IMG/VR virus record: IMGVR_UViG_3300010334_000023
Coordinates: 124,001 to 188,000 of that record
Strand: one strand, 5' to 3'
DNA length: 64,000 bases
This document shows, one piece after another, positions 39,214-47,851 of this stretch. Below the pieces are notes generated by a model, which saw only the letters and a program-made list of their open reading frames with translations, did not search any database and had not been told where the DNA came from. The translations under genes and the position numbers were made by a program. Numbering within the stretch: position 1 is the first letter of the stretch; every line of letters begins with the position of its first letter.

Positions 39214-39864
39214 ATGACAGTCAAGCTCATAGCCATATCACAACCGACCATTGACGAATGCACCACAGCTGAAGAGCTGGTGGCATACTGTGCCAGGGTC
39301 TCAAACCCAGCCAACCAAGACAACCATGGTACCAGCGCCAAGCTGATACGATACCTCATAAAAAACGCACATTGGTCTCCCTTGGAGATGGTACACATGA
39401 CCATGGAGATCAACACCACACGTGACATAGCAAGGCAGATACTGCGACATCGCAGCTTCAGCTTCCAGGAGTTCAGCCAGCGCTATGCCGACCCTACCAA
39501 GAGCCTGGGTTTCGTAACCAGAGAAGCACGCCTGCAGGATGCCAAGAACCGGCAAAACAGCATCGAAGTTGACGATGCTGAACTGGCTGATCTGTGGACT
39601 GGCATGCAGGAGTTAGCCATAGAAAATGCGCAGAGGCAGTATACCAAAGCAATCAACATGGGTATTGCCAAGGAACAGGCCCGTGCGCTGCTGCCAGAAG
39701 GTCTAACAGAGAGCCGTATCTATATGGCAGGCAGCCTCCGCAGCTGGGTACACTACTGTGATCTGCGCCGTGCTAACGGTACCCAGAAAGAACATCGCGA
39801 GATAGCAGAAGCCTGCTGGAGCATCGTGGTTGATCAATTCCCCATGCTAGGACAAGGAGATTGA
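39214..39864 (+). CDS. thyX: Flavin-dependent thymidylate synthase
   Basis: HWSPLE, RQILRHRSFSFQEFSQRY (RHRxxxxxxxS signature), EQARALLP, TQKEHR. Confidence 0.96.
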   Translation: MTVKLIAISQPTIDECTTAEELVAYCARVSNPANQDNHGTSAKLIRYLIKNAHWSPLEMVHMTMEINTTRDIARQILRHRSFSFQEFSQRYADPTKSLGFVTREARLQDAKNRQNSIEVDDAELADLWTGMQELAIENAQRQYTKAINMGIAKEQARALLPEGLTESRIYMAGSLRSWVHYCDLRRANGTQKEHREIAEACWSIVVDQFPMLGQGD

Positions 39865-39865
39865 C

Positions 39866-40339
39866 ATGAAGATATTGATAATGGGTTTGCCTGGTAGCGG
39901 TAAGACAACCTTGGCCAGGGCTCTGGCACCGAGGCTAAAGGCCGTGCATTGGAACGCAGATGCCGTGCGAGGCAACCTCAATGCTCATCTGGGTTTCAGT
40001 GAGGATGATCGCATCGAACAAGCACGCAGGATGGGATGGTTATGCGATCAGGTAACCGCAGCTGGACAGGTAGCTGTGGCAGACTTCGTGTGTCCTACAC
40101 CAGCTACTCGAGCAGCTTTTGGCAGAGCCGACTGCACCATCTGGCTTGACACCATCAAAGAAGGCCGCTTTGCTGACACAAACAAGTTATTCGTAGCACC
40201 CGAGGTGACCGGGGGCGACTATCGCGTGGACACTCAGGACTGCGAGTTCTGGAGCAAGATGATATTTGAAGATCTGGATTATCGACTGCGCCCAAGCTGG
40301 GGCAAGGCTTTCATGCTGGGACTGAGAAACACGCTATGA
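39866..40339 (+). CDS. Adenylylsulfate-kinase (CysC)-like P-loop kinase
   Basis: GLPGSGKTTLA, NADAVR, LGFSEDDRIEQARR, ADFVCP match the APS kinase pattern. Confidence 0.75.
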   Translation: MKILIMGLPGSGKTTLARALAPRLKAVHWNADAVRGNLNAHLGFSEDDRIEQARRMGWLCDQVTAAGQVAVADFVCPTPATRAAFGRADCTIWLDTIKEGRFADTNKLFVAPEVTGGDYRVDTQDCEFWSKMIFEDLDYRLRPSWGKAFMLGLRNTL

Positions 40340-40755
40340 AGATTGGACTTAGCTTCAGCCGTTGCCTGCGAGATATAGTGGATGGTAAGGTCAACATGGA
40401 TGATGTGCTGGTAATAATCGCGCGCACAGATTTTGATCCAACCAACGACGAAGAGTGGAACAACATCTGGAACGGATACTATCATGGAACCGGACTGTCA
40501 CATCCAGAATGGCAGGATTATCCGCATGATGCTGAGGCACTGTTTAGGAACGTAGCCACGCAGCTTTGGCAGGATGGCAAGCTGCACCAACCTCGACGGT
40601 TCGGAGCTCGAGTGCTGCGCAGACCTGAGATATGGCTTGAAACTGTGCTGCTGGATGATGATCTGGATAACAAGCCCTTGGCCAAAGAGGCCTGGGAGGG
40701 ATTCAAGATGGCAGCAGCTCTCACAGGCTGCAAAATTGACAGGGAATATCACTGA
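40336..40755 (+). CDS. Hypothetical phage protein
   Basis: Intact ORF coupled to both neighbours. Confidence 0.65.
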   Translation: MKIGLSFSRCLRDIVDGKVNMDDVLVIIARTDFDPTNDEEWNNIWNGYYHGTGLSHPEWQDYPHDAEALFRNVATQLWQDGKLHQPRRFGARVLRRPEIWLETVLLDDDLDNKPLAKEAWEGFKMAAALTGCKIDREYH

Positions 40756-41144
40756 TGACCAAGAAATGGGAAAACAACAAGCCAACTGTGCAGATGTTGG
40801 GCCGCTGGCAGCCATGGCACGATGGACACTTCGCTCTGTTCGAACGAGCAGTGGCCAAGACCGGACAGGTTGCTATCATGGTCAGAGACACAGGTGGTAC
40901 AGACGAGAAGAATCCATTCTACTACGATGTTGTGCGCGATCGCATCATATCTGAGCTGGGCAAGAAGGGCTACATGCATGGCAGTGACTATGTTGTCATG
41001 CTGATGCCAAACATCGTAAATATCACATACGGGCGCGATGTGGGTTACAAGATTGAGCAGGAAGTGTTTGACGAAGAAATACATGCCATATCTGCCACAA
41101 AGATTCGTGAAGAGATGAAACTCAAAGGAACAGACAATGAATAA
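40755..41144 (+). CDS. Minimal HxGH nucleotidyltransferase (cytidylyl/adenylyltransferase superfamily)
   Basis: MLGRWQPWHDGH and ISATKIR motifs. Confidence 0.8.
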   Translation: MTKKWENNKPTVQMLGRWQPWHDGHFALFERAVAKTGQVAIMVRDTGGTDEKNPFYYDVVRDRIISELGKKGYMHGSDYVVMLMPNIVNITYGRDVGYKIEQEVFDEEIHAISATKIREEMKLKGTDNE

Positions 41145-42153
41145 GATTGGAACCATAGCAGCACTGCTGGCAGTGATGTTTGTAGGCTCAGCTCATGCTG
41201 AGGAAGTGACTACATTGAAGAACAGTGCTGCGGATTTGAATCCCTACGTGGCACAGCGAGACGGCATCTTTCTTGGACTGCTGTTTGAAGCTGTGATGGG
41301 TGGTCCTCAGACCAAGCTCAAGACCAGCACAGAATCCTGGATGGATTCCAGCAACAACACCATAGTGCTCAGCAAAGTACCCTATGTCAGCGGCACGGTA
41401 TATGCCAAGGACATTGATGCTGCTGGCAGCGTGTTCTCAGTCACCAAAGATGCGCACTATCGCTATTTCAAAGGCAACGGTCTCCCCAGCACTCCCATGG
41501 GCAAGTTCCCAGTTGAACAGGGCACAGCTGCCTATAGCTATTATTCTGCTGCACCCGCTGGACACGATCCTAGGACTGGCATACCAGGATCGGATTACAG
41601 CAGCGCTGCTGCTATCGGTGTGAGCCCATACAATCTTGACGTGATGGTACCACTGCATCCGCGATACAGCAAGATTCCAAATCCCATTGATTCACTGGTT
41701 ACCGGAGTGGCGCTAACTGGCACTGTATGGCATGTTGAGGTAGCCAATGCCAGCAGCACAGATTGGTACAACCCACTGTCAATCCTGCCATTGGATGACT
41801 GCTTTGGACATCCCTACAGCCAGCAGTATCATCTGCACAGCTATTCATGGAAGTGTTTCCCTAATCAGGGTACCACAGGCCCCAGCCCGCTGGTTGGTTA
41901 CGCTCTGGATGGATTTGGCATCTATGGCCCACGCGGCGAAGATGGCAAGATGATAACCAATGCACAGCTTGATGAATGCCATGGCATGATCAGCAAGGTA
42001 ATGTGGGAAGGCAAGCTTACCAAGATCTATCATTACGTGCTGAACAACGAATATCCCTACAGCATTGGCTGCTTCAGGGGCGTGGTCAATACCAGCTTGG
42101 CTCTGCTGAAGACTACCAAGCATTCGCATGGTATGTTAAAGAGCATGCACTGA
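41137..42153 (+). CDS. Secreted YHYH-domain protein
   Basis: Signal peptide ending SAHA; DDCFGHP, YHLH, GYALDGFGIYG, LDECHG, YHYV, YPYSIGC. Confidence 0.75.
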   Translation: MNKIGTIAALLAVMFVGSAHAEEVTTLKNSAADLNPYVAQRDGIFLGLLFEAVMGGPQTKLKTSTESWMDSSNNTIVLSKVPYVSGTVYAKDIDAAGSVFSVTKDAHYRYFKGNGLPSTPMGKFPVEQGTAAYSYYSAAPAGHDPRTGIPGSDYSSAAAIGVSPYNLDVMVPLHPRYSKIPNPIDSLVTGVALTGTVWHVEVANASSTDWYNPLSILPLDDCFGHPYSQQYHLHSYSWKCFPNQGTTGPSPLVGYALDGFGIYGPRGEDGKMITNAQLDECHGMISKVMWEGKLTKIYHYVLNNEYPYSIGCFRGVVNTSLALLKTTKHSHGMLKSMH

Positions 42154-42176
42154 CGGTTACGAGAATACCGATAATG

Positions 42177-42206
42177 AAAAAGGACGGATTGCTCCGTCCT
42201 TTTTTT
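42177..42206. terminator. Bidirectional rho-independent terminator
   Basis: AAAAAGGACGGA-TTGC-TCCGTCCTTTTTTT between convergent genes at the strand switch. Confidence 0.9.
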
Positions 42207-42227
42207 GTATCTAATTATCAGTTTAAT

Positions 42228-42944
42228 TCACTTCTTGGCAGCAGTCTTCTTGGCTGCTGGTTTCTTGGCAGCGGCCTTGGGTGCTGCTATCTTGGCAGTC
42301 GGAGCTGCTGCTTCTTCCAACCACGAACCACCATTGGCCTTGGCTTTGTGGCCAGGGTTTAGCGTGGGATCGATAGCATAGGCCTGTGCGCGGCGTGCTG
42401 TAGCATCAGCTTCAAGCATCTCTGCCATGCGGATCAAGTCTCGTGCTTCCTGTGCTCGGCCATCAGCAGTGGTGCCTTCCAAGTTGCTCTGATGCACGTT
42501 GAATTTGCCCATCTCTGCTAGCACTGCTGCGCGAGTGGCTGGATCCAGATCATTGAGGTCTGGCGGAGTAGCGTCGTCAACAGTTTTCATGGCAGCCAGG
42601 ATCTGGCGCAGAGGAAACTTCATGCCGCGAGCCGGTGTCATGTGTACGAGATCAACAGGAACCTTGTCCAAGCGCTGGGCAGCATGCAGCTTCTGGAGCA
42701 TGGTAGCGCCAGTGCCATCCGGAGCAGGGCGGCGGCCCAGTAGTTCGCCTAGGTCCTTGCTCTGTTGACCTTCCACGCTTTCTACTATCTTGCGGAGTGC
42801 TTCGTTGTACTGATCAGGCAGCGCATCTGTGTCTATGACCAGTGCATGTTCATCATCGCCTGGCAGGCTCATGAATACCACTACTACCTGCTTGCCAGTG
42901 TTCTCCAACTGGCCTATGTGCTTCATCATATCAGCCATTGGCAT
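42228..42944 (-). CDS. Hypothetical protein with K/A/P-rich histone-H1-like C-terminal tail
   Basis: Ends AAPKAAAKKPAAKKTAAKK. Confidence 0.7.
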   Translation of the reverse strand: MPMADMMKHIGQLENTGKQVVVVFMSLPGDDEHALVIDTDALPDQYNEALRKIVESVEGQQSKDLGELLGRRPAPDGTGATMLQKLHAAQRLDKVPVDLVHMTPARGMKFPLRQILAAMKTVDDATPPDLNDLDPATRAAVLAEMGKFNVHQSNLEGTTADGRAQEARDLIRMAEMLEADATARRAQAYAIDPTLNPGHKAKANGGSWLEEAAAPTAKIAAPKAAAKKPAAKKTAAKK

Positions 42945-43152
42945 TACCTGCTGGTTGATCGCCGCTGGTCTGTTGTGCTGCGGCTGCGTCTACGAATTTC
43001 TTGAACTTGTTGTATAGCTGGCCAACTGGCTCAAGCTCTGCACCACGGAACGCACCGCGGCTGCTAGCGAGATCCAGCACAGTCAGGATGTTCTGTAGAT
43101 CTGCAAGATTGATTGTACTATCTTGCTGTGGTTGTGTAACTTGATCGTTCAC
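42931..43152 (-). CDS. Small hypothetical phage protein
   Basis: GAGGAGG RBS before GTG; DLASSRGAFRGAELEPVG. Confidence 0.7.
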   Translation of the reverse strand: MNDQVTQPQQDSTINLADLQNILTVLDLASSRGAFRGAELEPVGQLYNKFKKFVDAAAAQQTSGDQPAGNANG

Positions 43153-43221
43153 GGTTTTGCCTCCTCATGGACATGGTAACATATATTAACCATGGCGACT
43201 GGGAGATCAAATATCTTTTTG

Positions 43222-43398
43222 CTAGGTTATGGCATTCCAGATGCGCAGCACGGTGATGCTCATGGTACCAAAGCTGGTTATGAAGGCTCCCGTGCTGAAC
43301 GCAAGATCGTTGTGCAGAGTCTCGCATGACAGTCCTACCAACCCTGCTGCTACGAAAGCGGCAAACAGCAATACTGCGATGCAGATAGTCTTGATCAT
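43222..43398 (-). CDS. 58-aa two-helix membrane protein missed by the ORF track (holin-like candidate)
   Basis: MIKTICIAVLLFAAFVAAGLVGLSCETLHNDLAFSTGAFITSFGTMSITVLRIWNAIT; GGAG RBS; perfect TATAAATA upstream. Confidence 0.6.
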   Translation of the reverse strand: MIKTICIAVLLFAAFVAAGLVGLSCETLHNDLAFSTGAFITSFGTMSITVLRIWNAIT

Positions 43399-43428
43399 GC
43401 TGCTACGACTCCGGTTAGATACCAGAAC

Positions 43429-43436
43429 TATTTATA
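43429..43436 (-). promoter_or_regulatory. Late promoter, perfect T4 consensus TATAAATA
   Basis: Intergenic, upstream of ATG 43398. Confidence 0.7.
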
Positions 43437-43449
43437 GTAGCATGCCTGA

Positions 43450-43650
43450 TCAGCGTTTCTGCAGGGCCTTGATAGCATCTAGAACCACCATGCGATCCTT
43501 GGCCTGCATATCAAAGAAGGTCTTGGGCATCTTGGGTGTACCAAGCTGTGTAAGCATCTGCCCTATGCGAGCCCATTCGCAGCACTGTTTGTCATCCTTG
43601 AGATCGCCGCTGCGTGACATCATCTCACGTCCAAGTTCCATGGCATCCAT
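43450..43650 (-). CDS. Hypothetical protein
   Basis: Fits minus-strand gene packing; AGGA upstream. Confidence 0.6.
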   Translation of the reverse strand: MDAMELGREMMSRSGDLKDDKQCCEWARIGQMLTQLGTPKMPKTFFDMQAKDRMVVLDAIKALQKR

Positions 43651-43659
43651 CTGTGTGTC

Positions 43660-43911
43660 CTATTGTTCGTGTCTCAGGTGAAAGTCTATAGCATCTTCTC
43701 TGTTGTTGAATTTTATCTCTACCATGTTAGTGCGGTATTCATCCAACAGTATCTTGCGATCTATCTTGGCAGTGGGCCAATCTATCATCAGCTGCTGTTC
43801 CAGCAAGCTGACGTTGAAGTCAAAGCTGGCAGGATTCAGTTCAGCTACTATGAGATTTCCCAACAGCTGAGTGCGACGTATCAGTCTTTGCCTATGAACT
43901 TCTTGGCCCAT
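43660..43911 (-). CDS. Hypothetical protein
   Basis: Fits gene packing; GGAGG upstream. Confidence 0.55.
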   Translation of the reverse strand: MGQEVHRQRLIRRTQLLGNLIVAELNPASFDFNVSLLEQQLMIDWPTAKIDRKILLDEYRTNMVEIKFNNREDAIDFHLRHEQ

Positions 43912-44159
43912 GTGTCAGCCCATTCCTCCAAGTGCTCTTCTAGATAGGCCACACCCTGCGCACTGTGCAGGCTAGCTGTCTTTTCTATGCTGTTGGTCAC
44001 CACCACAGGCAGCTTGTCTTCGATCATGTCGATGATCTTCTGTCGCTCCTGCGGGGGCATGTCCCTGGTCCACATAGCCAATCGTTCGGCTACCATGGCA
44101 CACAGCTGGGCACTAAGCTGAGCCAGCTGTGGTCGAAATTCTCCTGGTGTACCTTCCAT
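43881..44159 (-). CDS. Hypothetical protein
   Basis: TAATG coupling to the upstream gene. Confidence 0.6.
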   Translation of the reverse strand: MEGTPGEFRPQLAQLSAQLCAMVAERLAMWTRDMPPQERQKIIDMIEDKLPVVVTNSIEKTASLHSAQGVAYLEEHLEEWADTWAKKFIGKD

Positions 44160-44350
44160 TACTCGCTTGCCTTCTTGTGCTGATTATCTGCACTAAGTTT
44201 AGCGATCTCATCCTTGAGAGCCAACTTCTTCTTTTTGAGTTGGTGTATAGCATCGTCGTCGTATCGACCTGTGCGTTCCCTGCGATCAATCTCATGGTCC
44301 AAGGCTTGATGTTCTGTTACCAAACGATTGATGTGATTCTCTAGGCTCAT
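44159..44350 (-). CDS. DUF465/YdcH-like small coiled-coil protein
   Basis: MSLENHINRLVTEHQALDHEI...DDDAIHQLKKKKLALKDEI pattern. Confidence 0.75.
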   Translation of the reverse strand: MSLENHINRLVTEHQALDHEIDRRERTGRYDDDAIHQLKKKKLALKDEIAKLSADNQHKKASE

Positions 44351-44377
44351 GCTGTGCTCCTGTTGGTGACAGGCTGC

Positions 44378-45652
44378 TCAAGCAGCCTGTCCGATCTCTT
44401 CCACACCCGTGTCGTGATCATAGTAGGCATACTGACCAAACGGTGGCTTCACGCGAGTCTTGTGACCCTCTGTGATGATCCACAGCGTGTCGCAGTAGCT
44501 CTCTGGGCCCCAAGTACCAAACGGATAACCGTCTGTGAACACCACTGCTTTCTTGGGCTCGATCTGCTCACTCATCCAATAGTTCCAGAACGCCATGAAA
44601 TCTGTACCGCCGCCACCCTTGCATTCATAGTTCAGCAGGTCGTCTGCGCTGTCCTTGGTGAACTTCTGGAAGTTATAGACCTGTGTGTCAAAGCAAAGGA
44701 TGCTGATGGTGAAGTCATTGTACATGCTCATGATGCCATAGACTTCACTGAGAAAGTCCTTGGCCATGCTGTCGCTGATGGAACCACTCATGTCGATAGC
44801 AATGGCAATGTCAATGGTATCGTCCTTGTCCAGTGTTGGCAGGAAGATGCCACCATACATGTGCTTGCGATTGGGGCGCATCCAGGTAAAGTCATCAGTG
44901 ATGCAGCTCTGGATGTTCTGCTGCAGGAGATCGCGCCAGTTGATCTTTGGCTCTACCAGATCATCAATGATGCGCTGTAGGCTAGCTGGCATCTTGCCAG
45001 CACTAGCCTGCGCTGCCTGCAGCACCTTGTTCTTCATCTCTTCGCGGATCTTCTTGAGATCTTCTTCGCTGACCTTGATTGGATTGCCATCCTTGTCCAC
45101 GGCCTGTCGACCCTTGCCATCCTTGCCGTTGCTGTCACCGCCAAGCTCCAGATGCACGTCCATGGTCAGCTGCTTCTTGACCTTGCGCTTTTCGAGATCA
45201 TCATAGACTGCCTCAGAAGTCCAACCCAGATACTTCTCATCATACAAGCCCACACGCTGGTTGGTCTCGCCCTTGTCGTCAACCTCGGTGACCTTCTTGG
45301 TAGGCATCTTGCCGATCTTATCTGAGGTAAGCATGCCGTTGATCACATAGTCGTTGGCCATGTTCCACCAGCTGGGGTCGCGGTGCGTGCGGCGACCAAA
45401 ATGGTCCAGAGCCACGTGCAGCACCTCGTGGCACAGCACGAACTTGATCTCGTCGATGTCAAGGTCCTTGAAGAAGTCTCGATTGTAATAGATGTTGCGG
45501 CCGTCCACGGCTGCAGTGCTGCACCAACCTGCGTCAGTGGCATCTACCAAAGGCAGCTGCATGGTCAGCGTGCCAAAGAACGGCGTCTTGAACAGCAGTT
45601 CCAGTCGCGCTTGGCTGATCTTCTTGGTGATTGGATCTCGTTGAATTGACAT
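44378..45652 (-). CDS. HExxH metallopeptidase-like plus vWA domain protein (DUF2201-type)
   Basis: TAAVDG, LCHEVLH, WNMANDYVIN; MIDAS IDMSGSI, GGGGTDF, VFTDGY; GGAGG RBS before ATG 45652. Confidence 0.85.
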   Translation of the reverse strand: MSIQRDPITKKISQARLELLFKTPFFGTLTMQLPLVDATDAGWCSTAAVDGRNIYYNRDFFKDLDIDEIKFVLCHEVLHVALDHFGRRTHRDPSWWNMANDYVINGMLTSDKIGKMPTKKVTEVDDKGETNQRVGLYDEKYLGWTSEAVYDDLEKRKVKKQLTMDVHLELGGDSNGKDGKGRQAVDKDGNPIKVSEEDLKKIREEMKNKVLQAAQASAGKMPASLQRIIDDLVEPKINWRDLLQQNIQSCITDDFTWMRPNRKHMYGGIFLPTLDKDDTIDIAIAIDMSGSISDSMAKDFLSEVYGIMSMYNDFTISILCFDTQVYNFQKFTKDSADDLLNYECKGGGGTDFMAFWNYWMSEQIEPKKAVVFTDGYPFGTWGPESYCDTLWIITEGHKTRVKPPFGQYAYYDHDTGVEEIGQAA

Positions 45653-45671
45653 TGTGTACCTCCAATGAACC

Positions 45672-45699
45672 ATGATAGCACATATTACCAGGGCGTCAA
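45672..45699 (-). promoter_or_regulatory. Sigma70-type early promoter TTGACG-N16-TATCAT
   Basis: Intergenic; TGC immediately before the -10, shared with sister promoters. Confidence 0.65.
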
Positions 45700-45726
45700 C
45701 CACTAAGCTGACGCCCTGTGAGTTAT

Positions 45727-46920
45727 TTAGATGCTAGGGATGAGATCGCTGTAACGCTTGCAGAACTCTACCCAGTTCTTCAGCTTTGGCGCCTGCAGAG
45801 GCAGCTTGTAGGTACCCATGATGGTCTTGGCACCCATCACAGCCAGCTCGTCTTCAAAGTTGTCCATGATGAAGCGGAAGAACGTGTCTACCTTGGCTTG
45901 GAAGGCGTCATTCTTCTTGTTGTCTTCCTTGACACCTTTGCTGGCATCAGTGAGCTCGTAGCACAGCGCAGTGGTCAACGCATACATCACGTCGATCTGC
46001 TTGGTGTTGAGCTTGGTGACCTTGCCTTCCAAGATGTCCTTGGCATTGGGCAAGTTAGCAGCCTGCTTGCGATAGGTCATGAACTTGATTCCGGGACCTT
46101 CGCCCACTGTGCCCTTGATGAGATCACCCAGAGACTCGTCTGTCAAGCGCACGTCTACCATGTCGCCGTCCTTGTTAGGCTCCTGCAGCAGCTCGCTAGC
46201 AAAGAACCATGAACGAGGCGTGGCGAACGCATAGCTGTCCGCGCTGGGTTGGAAGTTCATCAAGTCGTTGGGCTGGAAGCTGAGATAACCAACCACGTCC
46301 TTGTGCACGCGGTTCAGCAGAGCCCATTCTTTCCAGTCGTCAATGCTGACATCCAAAGTTACGTGCGTGAAGCGGTTAGCCAGAGGCATGGGCATGTTGT
46401 AGGCCACGCCCTTGTCCTTGACACGGTTGCCTGCGGCAACGATCACCACATCCTTGGGCAGCTCGTAGGTACCAATCTTGCGATTGAGGATCACCTGATA
46501 GGTAGCTGCCTGCACGCTGGGAGGCGCTGCGCTCATCTCGTCAAAGAACACCAATGCGCGGCTGTTGGGGTCTGTGGGCAAATCGCTGGGATTGCTCCAC
46601 TTAAAGACCTTCTCTGTCAGCGGCACGTTGGCTTCGTCGCGCACCAAGTTTCCTTGTGCGTCGTATACCTTGACCTCAGCGAGATAAGGGATACCGCGCA
46701 CGTCTGTGGGCTCCATCAGAGGCAGTCGGATGTCGATAAGTGGGCGATTCTGTTCGCGTGCTACCTCAGCAACGATATCAGATTTGCCAATGCCCGGTGG
46801 ACCCCAAACGAAGATAGGACGCTTGCGGTTGATGCTGTGGGTCAGCGCAGTCTTGAGGCGTGATGGGGAAATGCCAGTGTTTTCCAGCATGCGAGTCTTG
46901 GTAGCAGAAGCGTTAGCCAT
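45727..46920 (-). CDS. MoxR-like AAA+ ATPase
   Basis: Walker A GPPGIGKS, Walker B FFDEM, AAGN, LANRF, TPRSW; adjacent to the vWA gene. Confidence 0.88.
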   Translation of the reverse strand: MANASATKTRMLENTGISPSRLKTALTHSINRKRPIFVWGPPGIGKSDIVAEVAREQNRPLIDIRLPLMEPTDVRGIPYLAEVKVYDAQGNLVRDEANVPLTEKVFKWSNPSDLPTDPNSRALVFFDEMSAAPPSVQAATYQVILNRKIGTYELPKDVVIVAAGNRVKDKGVAYNMPMPLANRFTHVTLDVSIDDWKEWALLNRVHKDVVGYLSFQPNDLMNFQPSADSYAFATPRSWFFASELLQEPNKDGDMVDVRLTDESLGDLIKGTVGEGPGIKFMTYRKQAANLPNAKDILEGKVTKLNTKQIDVMYALTTALCYELTDASKGVKEDNKKNDAFQAKVDTFFRFIMDNFEDELAVMGAKTIMGTYKLPLQAPKLKNWVEFCKRYSDLIPSI

Positions 46921-46948
46921 TGTATGTGGTCTCCGTTGTTGTGATCTT

Positions 46949-46976
46949 ACACTAGCATGTTTTGTATACCTGTCAA
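46949..46976 (-). promoter_or_regulatory. Sigma70-type early promoter TTGACA-N16-TAGTGT
   Basis: Intergenic; same architecture as neighbouring promoters. Confidence 0.6.
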
Positions 46977-46985
46977 CCAGAAAAA

Positions 46986-47261
46986 TCAAGAGCTCCAGTA
47001 GCTCTCGCTTCTGGGACTGGCATGATAGGGAGTGTCGTAACGTTCGTGGAATTCCCTGCCAGTGATGATGTTCTTGCGCATCACCATGGTCTCATGTATC
47101 TCAAAGCTGAAGCCCTGGGCCGAGGGATAGAGATGCAGCAGCTCGCGCACTTCGCGCGTCATTGCCGCGAGATCGGGCCTATCGTAGTCATACTTGCCGC
47201 AGAGCCGCTTTCCGCTCTTTTGGCGCTTGTCGACCTTCCAGATTTCCATGGTGTAAAGCAT
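46986..47261 (-). CDS. Hypothetical early protein
   Basis: GGGAG RBS, own promoter; C-terminal DTPYHASPRSESYWS. Confidence 0.7.
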   Translation of the reverse strand: MLYTMEIWKVDKRQKSGKRLCGKYDYDRPDLAAMTREVRELLHLYPSAQGFSFEIHETMVMRKNIITGREFHERYDTPYHASPRSESYWSS

Positions 47262-47286
47262 ATGCCTGCTCCCTGTTATCTATGCT

Positions 47287-47314
47287 ACATTAGCATGTAT
47301 CTAGGGACTGTCAA
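47287..47314 (-). promoter_or_regulatory. Sigma70-type early promoter TTGACA-N16-TAATGT
   Basis: Same architecture, TGC before the -10. Confidence 0.65.
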
Positions 47315-47711
47315 CCGGTATTTTTGCCTTTGATTTCAAGTAGCTAAGCGTCATGCTGACAGCAAAAATAGCTTGAAAATAACGTTTTCCTGTGGCCATT
47401 GCCCAGCATTCTCTGGTGTATCTGTCCGCAGTTTCTGCTAGTATCTCGTCCAATTTAGCAGCCCAATATTCGCGGACTGCACAGCCTGTGGCAATGTCAT
47501 CTGCTGTGATCTTGCTGAGATCGCGCTGTTCTATCACGCGCCCAAGCACGTCGCCGTAGAGCTCATCAGAGTGAGGAACATCTATGGTAGTCCTATACAG
47601 ATGAGCTGCCCAACCCCAGTCACGATCACTGCTCAACTGGAACCTCGTGATCCATCCACTGTGCGCAGAAGGCTTCGGTATAGATTGGCTTCTCAGCTGG
47701 GCCAAATCCAA
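47301..47711 (-). CDS. Hypothetical protein; true start probably near 47634
   Basis: ORF track; overlaps 47626..47817; possible TTG start with GAGG upstream. Confidence 0.45.
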   Translation of the reverse strand: MDLAQLRSQSIPKPSAHSGWITRFQLSSDRDWGWAAHLYRTTIDVPHSDELYGDVLGRVIEQRDLSKITADDIATGCAVREYWAAKLDEILAETADRYTRECWAMATGKRYFQAIFAVSMTLSYLKSKAKIPVDSP

Positions 47712-47817
47712 ACCTTGACCTAAAGCTGTCTCGGAATGCTGACCAGAGATCTGGATTGACCACGTAGCAGGGATTGTCGCTTGGTAACGCAGGGCTCTGT
47801 GTGTGTTTCCATTTCAT
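47626..47817 (-). CDS. Small hypothetical protein
   Basis: ATG 6 nt after a TATTGT -10 element. Confidence 0.5.
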   Translation of the reverse strand: MKWKHTQSPALPSDNPCYVVNPDLWSAFRDSFRSRFGFGPAEKPIYTEAFCAQWMDHEVPVEQ

Positions 47818-47823
47818 AGTCAC

Positions 47824-47851
47824 ACAATAACAGATTATCTGAGACTGTCAA
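47824..47851 (-). promoter_or_regulatory. Sigma70-type early promoter TTGACA-N16-TATTGT
   Basis: Same architecture as neighbouring promoters. Confidence 0.6.

Noticed and set aside
45722-45730. CTAAATA late-promoter motif on the minus strand at the AAA+ stop codon
   Set aside because: It can arise from the TAA stop itself, and a better sigma70-type promoter lies just downstream
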